This document shows, in pieces, positions 11,759 through 26,780 of a stretch of DNA of 64,000 bases. Source of the stretch: Octopus vulgaris (lineage: Eukaryota); the NCBI GenBank assembly GCA_951406725.2, contig OX597838.1:21638001-21702000 (forward strand), read 5' to 3'. Every line of letters starts with the position of its first letter. The stretch's first letter is position 1. The notes under the pieces are model-generated. The model ran no database searches. It saw only the letters and a list, made by a program, of their open reading frames with translations, and was not told the DNA's origin. The translations under genes were made by a program, and so were the position numbers.

Positions 11759-13300
11759 TATATGTGTGTGTGTGTGTATGCATAGATGTACATATAACTA
11801 TACACGTGAGTATGTGTGTATGTATGTACATGTATGTATAAACTATGCATAACTCTATTCATTTATGTGTATATATTTATCTGGGTCCGTTGTATGAATA
11901 TACATGTATATTTGTGTGTGTCTATGTGTGTGTGTCTCTTTTTCTATATGCCTATGTGTGTGTAATTGCTTGTCTGCGTTGTGCCTGTGTGTCTATATAC
12001 GTCCGTGTGTGCATGTGTGTATGTGTATGTGTGTGTGTGTATACATCTGTGTGTGTGTGTGTGTCTTTGTTCGCAAACACCCATTGATCTGTTTATTTAA
12101 TAACATCACTTGTTTTTATGTTTAGGAGTTACACCCTCAACATTTTGCGACCACCGTCATCGCCGCCATCGCTGTCTCTTGCGCCATCACCACCACCGTC
12201 GCCACTGCTGTCAATACCATCCTCGCCACCGCCGCCGTCACCGTCATCGTCAATCAGTATGACAGTCGTCGCTGTCATCGCCATGCTCACCACCGGCCGC
12301 CGTCGTCGTCGATGTCACCACTACACCACTACTACCACCACCACCACTACCACCACCTTCATCACCACATTCATCACCACCACAAATAGCACCACCACCA
12401 ACACCACCACTACCATCACCATCATCAACAGCACCACACCAACATCACCACCAATAACAACAGCAACACTAATAATGCAGCAACCACCTCCACCACCACT
12501 ACCACCACCACCACAAAGAGCACCACCAACACCACCACCACCACCACCATGACCACCATCATCACCACCACCACCACTACCTCCACCACCACCACTACCA
12601 CCACCAGCACCACCACTACCACTAACACCACCACCACCACCACCATGACTACCATCATCACCACCACCAACACCACCACAAATAGCACCGCCACCACTAC
12701 CATCACCATCACCAGCACCAGCACCAGCACCACCACCACCACCACCACCAAGAACAACATTAATAACAGTACCACCACCTCCCCCACCGTCAACCACCGT
12801 TGCCTCCTCCTCCTCCTTCCACCCCCGCTATTTTCACCATCATCGACTCCCCCCTCTACTCCTTCCCTTTCCCTTCCATGCTGCACTATTTAACAAATTG
12901 TCACAGACGCCTGTCGTCTGACGAGTGTTTTCTTTAACGTTTACGACGTGACAGCATTGTGCGTGTGTATGTGTATAACGGTGTGTATGCGAGTGTGTGT
13001 GTGTGTGTCTGTGTCTGCGAGAGTGTCTCTGTGTACACAAATGTGTGGTATGTGCGTGTGTGTATGAATTTATGTTTGCATGTACGTCTATGTGTGGTGT
13101 GTGTGTGCGTACTAGAATGTGTGTGCCTTTATATGATGCATTTGCCCACCTGTGTGTGTATTACAAGTGTGTGTTTATGGATTTGAAGTCCTGACAGTCC
13201 GTGATATGAGCGCGCGCGCACGCGTCTGTGTATGTGTGTGTGTGTGTGTGTGTGTGTTTCATTTCTGTATGTGTGTCTGTATGTGTATGTAGGTAAATAT

Positions 13301-13530
13301 TTCTTGTATTCTTTTACTTGTTTCAGTTATTTGACTGCGGCCATGCTGGAGCACCGACGTTTTAGTCGAGCAAATCGATCCCAGGACTTATTCTTTGGAA
13401 GCCAAGTACTTATTCTATCGGTCTCTTTTTTGGCCGAACGCTAAGTTACGGTGACGTAAACACACCAGCATCGGTTGTCAAGCGATGTTGGGGGAACAAA
13501 CACAGGCACCCCCCCCACACACAAACGCAC

Positions 13531-13586
<56 letters not shown>

Positions 13587-13788
13587 CATATATATATATA
13601 TATATATGATAGATCGTTAGCTCCTACACGCATTTTTTTCTCTCCTTGTTTTTCTTCTTGTACCTTTCTGTGGAAGAGCGTAAGCTCGAAACGTAAAAGA
13701 CTTTTTCTATTCCTGAGCGCTATACTAATACATTTGTTTGTTTGTACTCCACCTGTCTTCGTCTTTTGTTTATTTTCGTAAACTTTCC

Positions 13789-13822
<34 letters not shown>

Positions 13823-13919
13823 TGAATTTACCCAAACGTTTTTAATTTTCATTTCGCTGAATTTATCCAATTTTTGTGTATCTAGTACTCACTTCTTCTT
13901 TTAGAAGCCTTTTAATGTA

Positions 13920-13992
<73 letters not shown>

Positions 13993-14013
13993 AGGAGATG
14001 TCGAACACGAGTG

Positions 14014-14056
<43 letters not shown>

Positions 14057-14218
14057 GACGTGCTTATTTCAGTTTCCGTCTTCCAAATCAACTCACAAGG
14101 CTTTGGTCGGCCCGAGGCAATACTAGAAGACAGTTGCCGAAGGTACCACGCAGTGGGAATGAACCTGGAACCATGCGGTTGGTAAGCAAGCTACTTACAA
14201 CACAGCCACTCCTACGCC
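13301..14218 (-). mobile_element. SINE family A, split by insertions in its central microsatellite
   Basis: 3' half at 13301-13515 and 5' half at 14054-14218. Confidence 0.8.
13664..13699 (+). ncRNA. Degenerate hammerhead motif in a PLE-type fragment (13607-13790)
   Basis: cttt-CTGTGGA-agagcgtaagctc-GAAA-cg-TA-aaag. Core A6 is mutated. The fragment is flanked by (TA)n. Confidence 0.45.
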
Positions 14219-14289
14219 TTTTATATAAAGAAGTGAAGTTCCTTCCCGAGTCAAGTAGTCTCGTAGCCCCGGTTCCCATATCGTATATA

Positions 14290-14615
14290 TTCCCCAGGAA
14301 TATATACGATATATGTGATAAGCAGGAGACTGACTGGGAGAGCAAGGCCTGTCATCGCCAAAGATGGGGGAAGCAGGTCAAGGAGGAGGGTCGACACTTT
14401 TGAGAGAGCATGTATTCTGCATGAAGAACTTAAGCGTGCTGCTCGAAAGCGCACTGCTGGTGTGGTGAATGAGGAAAGCTTGGTTTGCAATGTTTGCAGT
14501 CGTGTGTGCTTGTCAAGAGCAGGGTACTCATTAGCCACCAACGGAGCCGCAAATGCATAATAAAAGTTAGTCCTAGAGCGCACAATCTTCCTGAAGGGCA
14601 GCAATGGTCTTCCTC
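14290..14615 (+). mobile_element. RTE-clade LINE 3' fragment
   Basis: [17 protein letters not shown]...CNVCSRVCLSRAG resembles the RTE/BovB C-terminal Zn-finger region. Frameshifted. Confidence 0.7.
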
Positions 14616-14619
14616 GATC

Positions 14620-14953
14620 CACGGAAGAGCCTGGTTGTGAGATTAACGTATAAGTGGCTGAGCACTCCACAGACATGTGTATCCTTACGTAGTCCTCGGG
14701 GAGACTCAGCGTGATACAGAGTGTGACAAGGCTGGCCCTTTGAAATACAGGTACAAAAGAAACAGGGAAAAAAGGGTGAGAGAAGGTTGTGATGAAAGAG
14801 TACAGCAGGGTTCGCCACCCACTCCCTGCCGGAGCGTCGTGGAGCTTTAGGTGTTTTCGCTCAATAAACACTCACAACGCCCGGTCTGGGAATTGAAACC
14901 GCGATCCTACGACCGCGAGTCCGCTGTCCTAACCACTGACCATTGGGCCTCCA
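14620..14953 (-). mobile_element. tRNA-derived SINE family C
   Basis: Reverse complement of the gtggaggcgcaatggcccagtggttaggg... head. Confidence 0.8.
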
Positions 14954-14964
14954 CATACACACAC

Positions 14965-15725
14965 TTTTATCTTTCTGTTCTTTTACTTGTTTCTGTCATT
15001 TGACTGTGGCCATGCTGGAACACCACCTTGAATGGTCTCAGTCGAAGTAATTGACCCCAGAATTTATTTTTGTTTTGAAGCCTAGTACTTGCTCTATCGG
15101 TCTCTTTTGCCGAAACCCTAGTTTACGGGGACGCAAACACACCAACACCGGTTGTCATGTGGAGATGGGGAGACAAACTCTGAAACAAAGACACACACAT
15201 AAACAGACACATACGACGGGATTCTTTCAGTTTCCACCTGCAAAATCCACTTACAAGGCTTTGGTCAGCTCGAAGCTATAGCAGAAGACAATTGCCTAAG
15301 GTGCCACGCAGTGGAACTGAACCCAGAACCATGTGGTTGGGAAGCAAGTTTCTTACCACACAGATGCACCTTTTTAAATCTTTTATGCGAGTTGTTTCTC
15401 TCATTGGACTGCGGCCATGCTGTGGCACCATCTTGAAAATTTTAGTCCAACAAATAGTCTTGGTACACATTGTATCTGTGTTTGTTTTTGCCAAATCACT
15501 GATTTACAAGGACGTAAACAAACTAACAGCGGTTATCATGTAGTGGTGGGAGACAGACACAAACTCAAAGAAACATACACACAACACATACAGACACAGA
15601 CACATATACACTCATGCACACACACACACACTCGTACACACCTATATATATTACCATATATTAACATATACCCACACAGATTCGTTTACCAAAGGCAAGG
15701 GTTAGCCTGAGGCTACAGTAGAGAA
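14965..15725 (-). mobile_element. Two adjacent SINE family A copies
   Basis: 14965-15370 is near complete and 15380-15725 is degenerate. Confidence 0.75.
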
Positions 15726-15730
15726 CACAC

Positions 15731-15774
<44 letters not shown>

Positions 15775-15802
15775 ATTTATAATATATACATATGTACACT
15801 AC

Positions 15803-15855
<53 letters not shown>

Positions 15856-15905
15856 TATAGATATATATACACACACACATATATATATATATATACATAC
15901 ATTCA

Positions 15906-15966
<61 letters not shown>

Positions 15967-16032
15967 GTACATACATACATACATACATACATACATACAT
16001 ACATACATACATACATACATTCATACACACAC

Positions 16033-16065
<33 letters not shown>

Positions 16066-16652
16066 CACCTATATACCACATACCCACAGAAAAACACACC
16101 TGCAAACGCGCGCAGATACGAAAACGTATACGCATGCATGAAAATACATGCACGTACATGCACATACGTGTTCGTCAAGAAATACAAGAGCACCTGCGTG
16201 TGAATGTGCCGCTGTGGCAGTGTGCCCGTGTGCCCGTGTGCCCGTGTGCCTACGTGTGTATACGAGATTAACCCACTCGTATGAATCTCATTACCAGTTT
16301 GACCTGCATGTTTGTTGTTAGTAGAGTGCACTATAGAAACGTCTGCTGCAATTTGTGTGAGGAATGCATTTTAGAAATGCATATTTCTGCTGAATGCATA
16401 ACTGATGGTTTCTCTTTTTTTTTTGTTGTTGTAAGTTGTTGTTGCTGTTGTTGTTGTTGTGTGTATATATGTGTGTATGTGTGTGTGTATGGGTTGGTGT
16501 TTACGTGAATGTGTATACACACACATCCATAAATATATATATATACGTATGTATATATATATATATATGTATATATATATGTATATATATACATATGTAC
16601 TTTTACACGTGTATATATATATGTATATATATATACATATGTACTTTTACAC

Positions 16653-16698
<46 letters not shown>

Positions 16699-16822
16699 AT
16701 GTATATATATATGTATATAGATTCATTTAATCATATACATATTTATGTATGAATATATATGGGTGTGTATGTGTGCATTACATATATATATATATATACA
16801 CATGTTAAAGTACATATGTATA

Positions 16823-16879
<57 letters not shown>

Positions 16880-17280
16880 ATATATATATATGTATGTATG
16901 TATGCATTATGTATGTATGTGTGTGTGTATGTATGTATGTGTGTATGTATGCGGGAGTACTTGTCATACATAAATTACTTCATTGCAGTCATTAACGATA
17001 ATTGAAACACGTGTGTATATGTTTGAGTATATGCACGTAAGGAAGCAGATTTGTGTTAATGCATGCACGCATGCATCCCTAACGCATTTGCATGCGCGAT
17101 TCTACTCTGTTACGTACGTACTTATATGCATAATATATACATACATACATGCATACATACATACATGCATATATACTTTCACACTCACATATATATTTAC
17201 ATACATACATCCTTGCATACAATACACACTCATAAATATAATATATGATATATATTATATATATTGTATATATACATGCA

Positions 17281-17317
<37 letters not shown>

Positions 17318-17409
17318 TTGTTTATGTATATACATACATGCATACATACATATATACGTACATACGCTCTTACACGCAAACATACATACATATATACATG
17401 CCTGCATAT

Positions 17410-17454
<45 letters not shown>

Positions 17455-17511
17455 CACACACTCACACACACATATACACACACACGCACGAAGGCACAAA
17501 CACACACAGAA

Positions 17512-17595
<84 letters not shown>

Positions 17596-18471
17596 GCACA
17601 TGGCGACTGTTGTGCGAGTTGAAGCGTAATCAGCGGGAGCACTGAAATGTTGCTGGTGTTGATGATGTGAGTGCTGGTGGTGGTGGTGGCGGCGCTTGTG
17701 GTAGTGGTGGTAGTAGTGGTAGTGGTGGTGGTTGATGGTTTTTGGTGGTAGTTTCCATCGAGAAAATATTTCATAAGGAGATTCCTCAATCGCGACTGGG
17801 ATTCCAAGTTACGTTACGTGAAGGATTGGAATGCAAACGGCGGGAGGGGTGGTGGTGGTGGTGGTGCCGGTGGTGATGGTGGTGCCGGTGGTGATGGTGG
17901 TGGCGGTGGTTTTTTTTTGGTAGGAGAGGTGGTGAGAAACGGGAAGAGAGTGGTGTCAGTGGTGAGAAGGAGAGGCGAAAGAGGAAGTGCGGTGGGCAGC
18001 TGTTGTTGCTTTTGTTGTTGTTGTTGATGGTGGTGGTGGTGGTGATGGTGGTGGTGATGTTGGTGGTGGTGCTTGTAGTTGTGGGAGGATGAGTAGGGGG
18101 CAGGGGGAGGAGACGAAAAAGGAGAAGGAAAAGAAAGTGAAGAAGAAAAAGTGGAAAGAGAAGCAAGCGAAGAAGAAGAAGAAGAAGAAGAAGAAGAAGA
18201 ATAACAAGAAGAAGAAGAAAAAGAAGAAAAAGAAGAAGAAGATGAAGAAGAAGAAGAAGAAGAAGAAGAAGAAGAAGAAGAAGAAGAAGAAGAAGAAGAA
18301 GAGATATGAATGGAGATGATGAACATGATGCGGTATAGCAGGGGAAGAGAGAGGGAGAGATAGAGATAGATAGAGAGAGAGAAATAGTGAAAGAGAAGTA
18401 GATAGATAGATAGGGAGAGAGAGAGAGGGGGCGAGAGAAAGAGAGAAAGAGAAATAATGAAAGATAAGTAA

Positions 18472-18537
<66 letters not shown>

Positions 18538-18553
18538 AGAGAGAAAGAGAGGA

Positions 18554-18633
<80 letters not shown>

Positions 18634-18962
18634 ACTGACAGACAGGCAGGCAGCGTGTAGATACGCGTCTTCGTAACTGGAAGTGTGAGTTGCAAAAATT
18701 TTTCAGCTAGATTTGACAAAAATTATTCGATTTTAGTTTCAGTGAGAGGATGGATGGATGGATGGATGGATGGATGGGGGAGCAGTGGAGGCTGGTGGCT
18801 GATGATACTTGGAGGCTTGTTATAGTGGCGGTGGCGCGGTTAGAGGGGAGTTGGGGGGTGGAGTTCAGCAGTGTTTAGTGAATGATTTGGTTGCTTGAGT
18901 GGAGGGGCTGGGTGAGGGGGTGGCTGTGGTTGGCAGAATTTGGATTTTCTTTTCTTTATATG

Positions 18963-19037
<75 letters not shown>

Positions 19038-19201
19038 GTTATTATTATTAATAGTTATTTTTTTGCGGCAGGCAATAAAGAAGAACAAAGGAAGGAATAG
19101 TGAGAGGAGGACAAGAGAGAAAATAGGAAATAGATGGCGGAAGTGCTGAGTAAATGAATGGAAGAGGTAGACAGATAGACAGACAGACAGAAAGACAGAT
19201 G

Positions 19202-19275
<74 letters not shown>

Positions 19276-19318
19276 GAGAGAAACAGACAGACAGACGGAT
19301 ATATAGATAGGTAGAAAT

Positions 19319-19360
<42 letters not shown>

Positions 19361-19397
19361 GGATGGATGGATGGATAGATAGATAGATGGATAGATG

Positions 19398-19455
<58 letters not shown>

Positions 19456-19885
19456 CGGATGGATGGATAGATTGATAGATAGATGGATGGATGGATAGAT
19501 TGATAGATAGATAGATAGATGGATGGATGGATAGATAGATGGATGGATGGATGGATTGATTGATTGCAAAGAAAGAAGAGAGAGCGAAAGAAAAGATAAA
19601 AGGAAACCAAAAACAATGAAGAAATAGAATAAAAAGAAAAAGAAAAGAAGGAAATTGTTTAAAATTGACAATGGCGGTGGTGGCGGTTTGGTTGCAAAGA
19701 TAGCCGTAACAACAATATCGGAAACTATTCCTACCGCCACCACCACCAGCACCACCAGCACCACCAGCACCACCACCACCACCAGCACCACCACCACCGC
19801 CATCATTAGTACTACATCCACGACCAATGTTATCACGACCAACATTACTAGCACATGCACCACCACCACCACCACCACCACCACC

Positions 19886-19917
<32 letters not shown>

Positions 19918-20217
19918 CACTGCCCCCACCGCCGCCGCTGCCGCCACCACCGCCACCACCAGATTAACAACAACAACAATAATAACTGCAATCACTCTAC
20001 GAAGTTCCATTGTGTGATAGCCTGATCTGCTAGAAACAACAGCTATATCTCCTCCAAATCGTACTCAACGGAGTATGATTAGAACTGGAATACTAATTGG
20101 ATAATGAGGCACACACATCCTGCAACGCCATCTACTTAAACAAACAAGCAAACAAACAAACCCTGAAGTCTTGTGGGAAAAGGATTATGCACTGGAGATT
20201 GTGATGTTACATACACA

Positions 20218-20382
20218 GGCGTAGGAGTGGCTGTGTGGTAAGTAGCTTGCTTACCAACCACATGGTTCCGGGTTCAGTCCCACTGCGTGGCACCTTGGAC
20301 AGGTGTCTTCTACTATAGCCTCGGTCCGACCAAAGCCTTGTGAGTGGATTTGGCTGACGGAAACTGAAAGAAGCCCGTCGTA

Positions 20383-20445
<63 letters not shown>

Positions 20446-21070
20446 TACCGTCAGAAATTAATTAGCACCCTTGATTTGCTCTTCACTCAAGGTATGTGCT
20501 GTCACCTAGTGGCCATATCTCGAACTATTGCTTTGTTGCGAGTTCACTGTTGCGCAGAACGATGACGTAACTTTGTTTGCAGAGCAGTTTGAGAGTCTAC
20601 ACCCTTATGATGTTGACATAGCAGTGCAACAACCACTCGGAGTGCGGATGCAGACAAATCTTCCTTTGTTTAATAGATATAGGTAGCGCCTCGCAAGGAC
20701 CGAAATCACACCATACTAAGTTTTCTCATCGCGTAAGACGTTTTGAACAGCTCATAGGTTAATTGATTTAACCTATTTAATGTAGAAATTTGAGAAGTGC
20801 TAATTAATTTCTGACGCAAGTGTATATATGTATATGTGTGTGTATATGTTTGTGTGTCTGTGTTTGACCCCCCCCCCCCCACATCGCTTGACAACTGATG
20901 CTGGTGTGTTTACGTCCACGTAACGTAGCGGTTCGGCAAAAGAGACCGATAAAATAAGTACTAGGCTTACAAAGAATAAGTCCTGGGGTCGATTTGCTCG
21001 ACTAAAGGCGGTGCTGCAGCATTGCCACAGTCAAATGACTGAAACAAGTAAAAGAGTAAAGGAGTAAAGA
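20218..21070 (+). mobile_element. tRNA-derived SINE family A, full length, with nested MITE
   Basis: A box tggctgtgtgg, B box ggttcagtccc, central microsatellite, and tail ...cagtcaaatgactgaaacaagtaaaaga. Confidence 0.9.
20443..20822. mobile_element. Tc1/mariner-type MITE (380 bp)
   Basis: TIRs cactaccgtcagaaattaattagcac / gtgctaattaatttctgacgcaagtg, flanked by TA. Confidence 0.8.
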
Positions 21071-21454
21071 GATGTGTGTATGTGTGTGTGAGAGAGAGGA
21101 GGAGGGATAGAGATAGAGAGAGAGGGAAAGAGAGAGAGAGAAAGAGAAAAAGAATATTTAATAGATGGAATGGTCATGGCGAGGGCCGGTTTTGATCCAC
21201 TTAGACAAATTTGTTTAGTTGGGGCATGCTCGAGCGGAGGACCCGGTGAGAAATCCTTAATATTGTATATCATTATGGCTAATGGTAGAACCTCAAGCCC
21301 TCGATGCTTTTTGGCTGGAGATTGGCGTCCTACACAAAACATAAAACATCAATCTTCAGCTTTTATGGAGTTGAGGGCCCCACTGACAATTCTGAAATTG
21401 GGGCCCTCAGCATTAATAATCAACAGCATTATTCGGCAAGGTAAGCTTAATATA

Positions 21455-21737
21455 TATGTATATCTATTTGCGTGTCGTTGTGTCTGTGTTTGACCTTCCC
21501 CCCATCGTTGCTTGGCAACCGGTGTTGGTGACATTCAGTCCTTGTAATTTAGTGGTTCGGCAAAAGAGGTCGATAGAATAAGTACTAAGCTTAAAAAGAA
21601 AGAAAAAATATATATGTATATATGTCATGGTGGGTGGGTGGGGGATTGATTAGTTCGACTAAAACCCTTCAAGGCGGTGCTCCAGCATGGCCATAGTCAA
21701 ATGACTGAAACTAGTAAGAGAAGAAAAGAGTAAAAGA
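21455..21737 (+). mobile_element. SINE family A 3' half
   Basis: Matches the 3' half of 20218-21070. Confidence 0.75.
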
Positions 21738-21944
21738 ATGAAGTTAGACGAGAAAAATCACGTCGACAGCAACAGCAGCAACAACAATACCAAGTCTATT
21801 TTTAATAGGATCACCGGCGAATGTCTCCTAAGCAACAGCATTATTCGGCAAGGTAAGCTTAATAGCACTAGCGTCCAGCACTACATTCCTCCAATCCGAC
21901 CACGGCCACCTCCAATAATAACAAAGCCTTCAACAAAAAGCACA

Positions 21945-22143
21945 GTGGAGGCGCAATGGCCCAGTGGTTAGGGCAACGGACTCGCGGCCGTAAGAACGCG
22001 ATTTCGATTCCCAGACCGAGCATTGTGAGTGTTTATTGAGCAAAAACACCTAAGCTCCACGAGGTTCCGGCGGGGTCTGTGGTGTGGTGAACCCCGCTGT
22101 ACTCTTTCACCATAGCTTTCTCTCACTCTTTCTTCCTACTTCT
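21945..22143 (+). mobile_element. SINE family C
   Basis: A box tggcccagtgg and B box atttcgattccc. Confidence 0.85.
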
Positions 22144-22384
22144 GTCACAAAGCTGAGGAACCATGGTGTAACTATGGTGTGGTAAAACTTTCAAACCCTA
22201 GTCTAGATTGCGAATCCTCTGTACTCCAGGATGGTTCAGCTCTCCACCCTTTAAAAGCCACCGTTTACGGAATAAGGATAACAACATAGCTTCCGCACCC
22301 GTGCAACCGCTAGTCTATCACGTGTGCTGGGTGGATCTTCAAGTTGCCACACGCATTCTTAGTAGCTTATTTTTATTTATTTTT

Positions 22385-22686
22385 TCACCCTTTTCAAGCC
22401 TAGCCAGGCTCATGGCCCGGTTTCCCAGTTTCTATGGCGTATGTGTTCCCCTTAGCTGGACGGGACGCCATTCCATCGCAGCATTACTCAAGAAACAGGA
22501 AGAAAGAGTGAGAGAAAGTTGGGGCAAAAGAGTACAACAAGGGTCGCCACCACCCCCTGCCGGAGCCTCGTGGAGCCTTAGGTGTTTTCGCTCCATAAAC
22601 ACACACAAGGCCCTGTCTGGGAATCGAAACCGCGATCCTCCGACCGCGAGTCCGCTGTCCTAACCACTGGGCAATTGCGCTTCCAC
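22385..22686 (-). mobile_element. SINE family C (inverted relative to the 21945 copy)
   Basis: Reverse complement of the same head and body. Confidence 0.85.
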
Positions 22687-23032
22687 CTTAGTAGCATAGA
22701 GTAGGCTCGAATTAGAGATTATTCTTTGTGGCTTAATGGCGTGAGTCCTGATTGGAAGAAGACGAAGAAGAAGAAGAAGAAGAAGAAGAAGAAGAAGAAG
22801 AAGAAGAAGAAGAAGAAGAAGAAGAAGAAGAAGAAGAAGAAGAAGAAGAAGAAGAAGAAGAAGAAGAAAACAGCACACATCTTGTCTACTATGTCACCAA
22901 CAGCATCGTACCGTTACTGTACAGCTACAGCCAGCACTGCCATGGCTCTATCAACAACATGACCACTGCCAGTACTGTCAACGCCACTACGCCGACAATA
23001 ATACCATGGCCCCGACCATGACCACGATCAGA

Positions 23033-23063
<31 letters not shown>

Positions 23064-24110
23064 CTGCCATCGTCACCATCACCATAAACCACTACCAACA
23101 TTACCGATACCGTCACGTCATCACTAGCACCTTGATTGCAAGCACACTACAACCACCATCACCACCATCGCCACCACCACCACCACCACCACCACCACCA
23201 CCACCACCACCACCACCACCACCACTACTACTACCACGACCACTGTCATCACTACCATCACCACCACCGCCACATCACCATCACCATCACCACCACATAA
23301 CCATAACCACCACCACCACACCACCACCACACCACCACCACCATCATCACCACCACCACCACCACCACCACCACCAACACCACCACCACCACCACAACCA
23401 TCACCACTACCACCACCACCACCACCACCACTACCACTACCATCTCCACCACTACTACCAAGACCACTATCATCACTATCACCACCACCACCACCACCAC
23501 ATCACCACCACCACCACCACACCACCACCACCACCACCACCACCATCACTACCACTGCAACCACCACCATCACATGTACAACAATACACTACAATCAACA
23601 GTACAACTAACATCACCACAACCACCATCACAACCACCACCACTACCACCACCACCACCACCACCACCACAACAACAACAACAAAATCAACCACCACCAC
23701 CACCACTACCACAACCACTTCACTACCATCGTTAGACCACCAGTTATTACCATACCACACTGCAACTACCACCACCACAACCACCACCGCTAAAGCCACC
23801 ACCACCACCACCACCACCACCACCACCATCACCACCACCATAACCACTACAGTCACCATCACTACTACCACCACCGCTGTTAGACCACCAGTTATTACCA
23901 TACCACCATGTTCAATGCCGACATGATGACACTGGCAGATATCTGCAAGCTGCAATCTGAAATTCCAGGAATTGTTCTCGTTTCTCAACCATTCGCTGTC
24001 GTCTGCTGCCTCCATTCACGTAATTTCTCTGTCTCGCCGCCGTCGTCACACATGCATTCACAGCTCTTCCTTTGATTTATGCTTTCCTTCTTTCTTCCTT
24101 TCTTTCTTTC

Positions 24111-24168
<58 letters not shown>

Positions 24169-25529
24169 CTCTCTCTCTCTCTCTCTTTTTGTCGCTTTCT
24201 CTCTCTGTCTTCCTCCCTCTCTCCCCCGTCTTGATTTGTGTCTTACTCCATTTTTTCTCATTTTCACTCATTCTCCCCTGTCCAAACCTCTCTCTTGTCA
24301 TTGCCCCCTCTCTCTCTCTCTATTTATCTATCTATATATATATGTGTGTGTCTGTGTGTTTTTGTACGTGGGTACAAGCGTACATACGTACAAAAATACA
24401 TACATACACACACATGCACACATTCATACGTACATGCATATTTACATACATGCGTACATACATACATACATACATACATACACATCCATATATACGCACG
24501 CATGCACACATACATGCATATTTACATACATGCGTATATACATACATAAATACATAATACATACATACATACATACACACACATGCATATACATACATGC
24601 ATATATACATACATACATACATAATACATACATATATACATACACACATACATATATACACACATGCACACATACATACATACATACATAATGCATTCAT
24701 ACATACATACATACATGCATACACACATGCACACATGCATACATACATACATACATACATACATACATACATACATACATACATACATACATACGCTCCG
24801 AAGCAATAAAAGTGCGTTGGATCAATTTTTCAACAGTTTTTTTTTTTGCAATATCAATTTTATTACATTTTATTATATATCAAAAGTCCATTAAAAACAC
24901 ACACACACGCAAGAAAATACATAAATGCCTCAACGAATTGATATGAACCCGCATTCCTTTAGCCTTCTTTGTATTTCTTTTCAACAAACACTCACAGAAT
25001 TTGGCACCAATAAATGTAAATATTTCCTTTGTGCTTTACAGATTTCCGAGAGTAGACCCGACTTAGTAAATATTCCTCATATAAGCTTGTGGCCACATAA
25101 CTGCCCAAATATTATCTATGAGATTCAAATCTGATTCTGACCTGATCTGACCTGATCTGACCTGATCTGACCTGACCTGAACAGTTTTTAGAGAATAGCA
25201 AAGAACAATGGAATCTCGTTATTATTCTTTGAAACTGATACCCTGTTGAAAGCCTCATAAACTGCGGTGTTCGCCTCGAGATAGAATCTCTTATAGGCAA
25301 TTTTCTTCTGCTATTAATATATATCTGTGTTTTACACATTATACATCTATAAGACGAATACCAAAGTTTATCAGGCTTTCAACGTATCTGCTTTTAGTGT
25401 AGTACAAAGATTGCTATTTTGAACTAATATACTTTCTGTCGCTCATAGCGAATTTTTACCGAGTTTTTTCTTCTTTTCATGCTATTGTTGTTCGGACATG
25501 TTGAAAAATTACTTTGTTAATTATTTTTT

Positions 25530-25757
25530 TTTTATCTTTTACTTGTTTCAGTCATTTGACTGCGACCAAGCTGGAGCACCGCCTTGGAGTGTTTTAGTCG
25601 AAGAAATCGACCTCAGGAGTGTTTTAAAGCATAGTACTTATTCTATCGGTCTCTTTTGCCGAACTGCTAAATTACGATGGTGTAAACACACCAACAGCGG
25701 TTATCAAGTAGTAGTGGGGGACAAACACACACACACAGACATATACATACATATATA

Positions 25758-25795
<38 letters not shown>

Positions 25796-25950
25796 GTATA
25801 TATATATATATCATACACACATATGTACATATATACAACGGACTCCTTTCAGTTTATGTCTACCAAATTCACTCCACGGCCCGAGGTTATGGTAGAAGAC
25901 ATTTGCCCATGGGGCCACTGCGCAGTGGCACCTTGGGCAAGTGTCTTCTA
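25530..25950 (-). mobile_element. SINE family A ending in a fold-back palindrome
   Basis: Reverse-complement SINE A. 25893-25950 is an imperfect palindrome. Confidence 0.75.
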
Positions 25951-26780
25951 TCATCTGCTCAATACCACAGATTTGCTTGTTGTCTTTTGTCAGCAAGTGT
26001 TATTTCCTATTTGCTTCTATCTGGAAATCAAAGAAATGACTATTATTCCCTTCAAACTTTGCTATTCTGACCTGGACATCAATGTATTGAAACTGACCTA
26101 TTTTCCATTACATTTCAGACAGATTCAGTGCTGAGTTGCTGAAGCAGAAATATCGTTGCAGCAAATATTCTGCTCAATACCATAGATCTGTTTGTCACTT
26201 GCTTGTGCATGTTCCTGTGTGGCTGACAATATGTTCATCTCTGATCACTAGCAGGAGAATTTGGGGAGCATCATAGCCATGTGTTGAGAGGGATTATTTA
26301 GGGTTAGAATAAATATAACAAAAGCCATTTTTCATACTTCCTAGGCGTAAGCAAATAGGAAATATCAGATGCTACTCAAGGACAAAATCATGTGACACAG
26401 TGTTATTTGTCCCTGCAGATAAGTTCGTAAGATTAGTGTGAGCCACAGTTGCCATAATCAACAAAATTGGTGCAATTTATCCTTGATGGTTTTCTTGGTT
26501 TATAGAAACTCCTAAATACATGTTTTATCAGTCAGACCAATACTTTTCAACTTAATAGTAACGGTCCTCCAGGAAATTTCATTTTCAGTAGAGTAATCTC
26601 TTTTTGTGGTTGTTATATATGTACCGCTATGTGTGTATTAAAAAAAAATGTCTGATACAATTCTCTCACTATGCAGAAGAGTACAAACGACCGAATATTA
26701 AGGACTTAAGTTGACCACGTGAGTAAGTGGCCTACATCAAATTTCAACACAATGTCAAGATAGCATTTGGCTTGAAAACA

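Noticed and set aside
12940-12955. TTTACGAC-TGACAG Hox/Meis-like site
   Set aside because: Short motif match with no independent support.
20218-20290. tRNA gene-like A/B boxes (also in SINE B, C and D heads)
   Set aside because: No full cloverleaf, and they continue into SINE bodies, so they are not tRNA genes.
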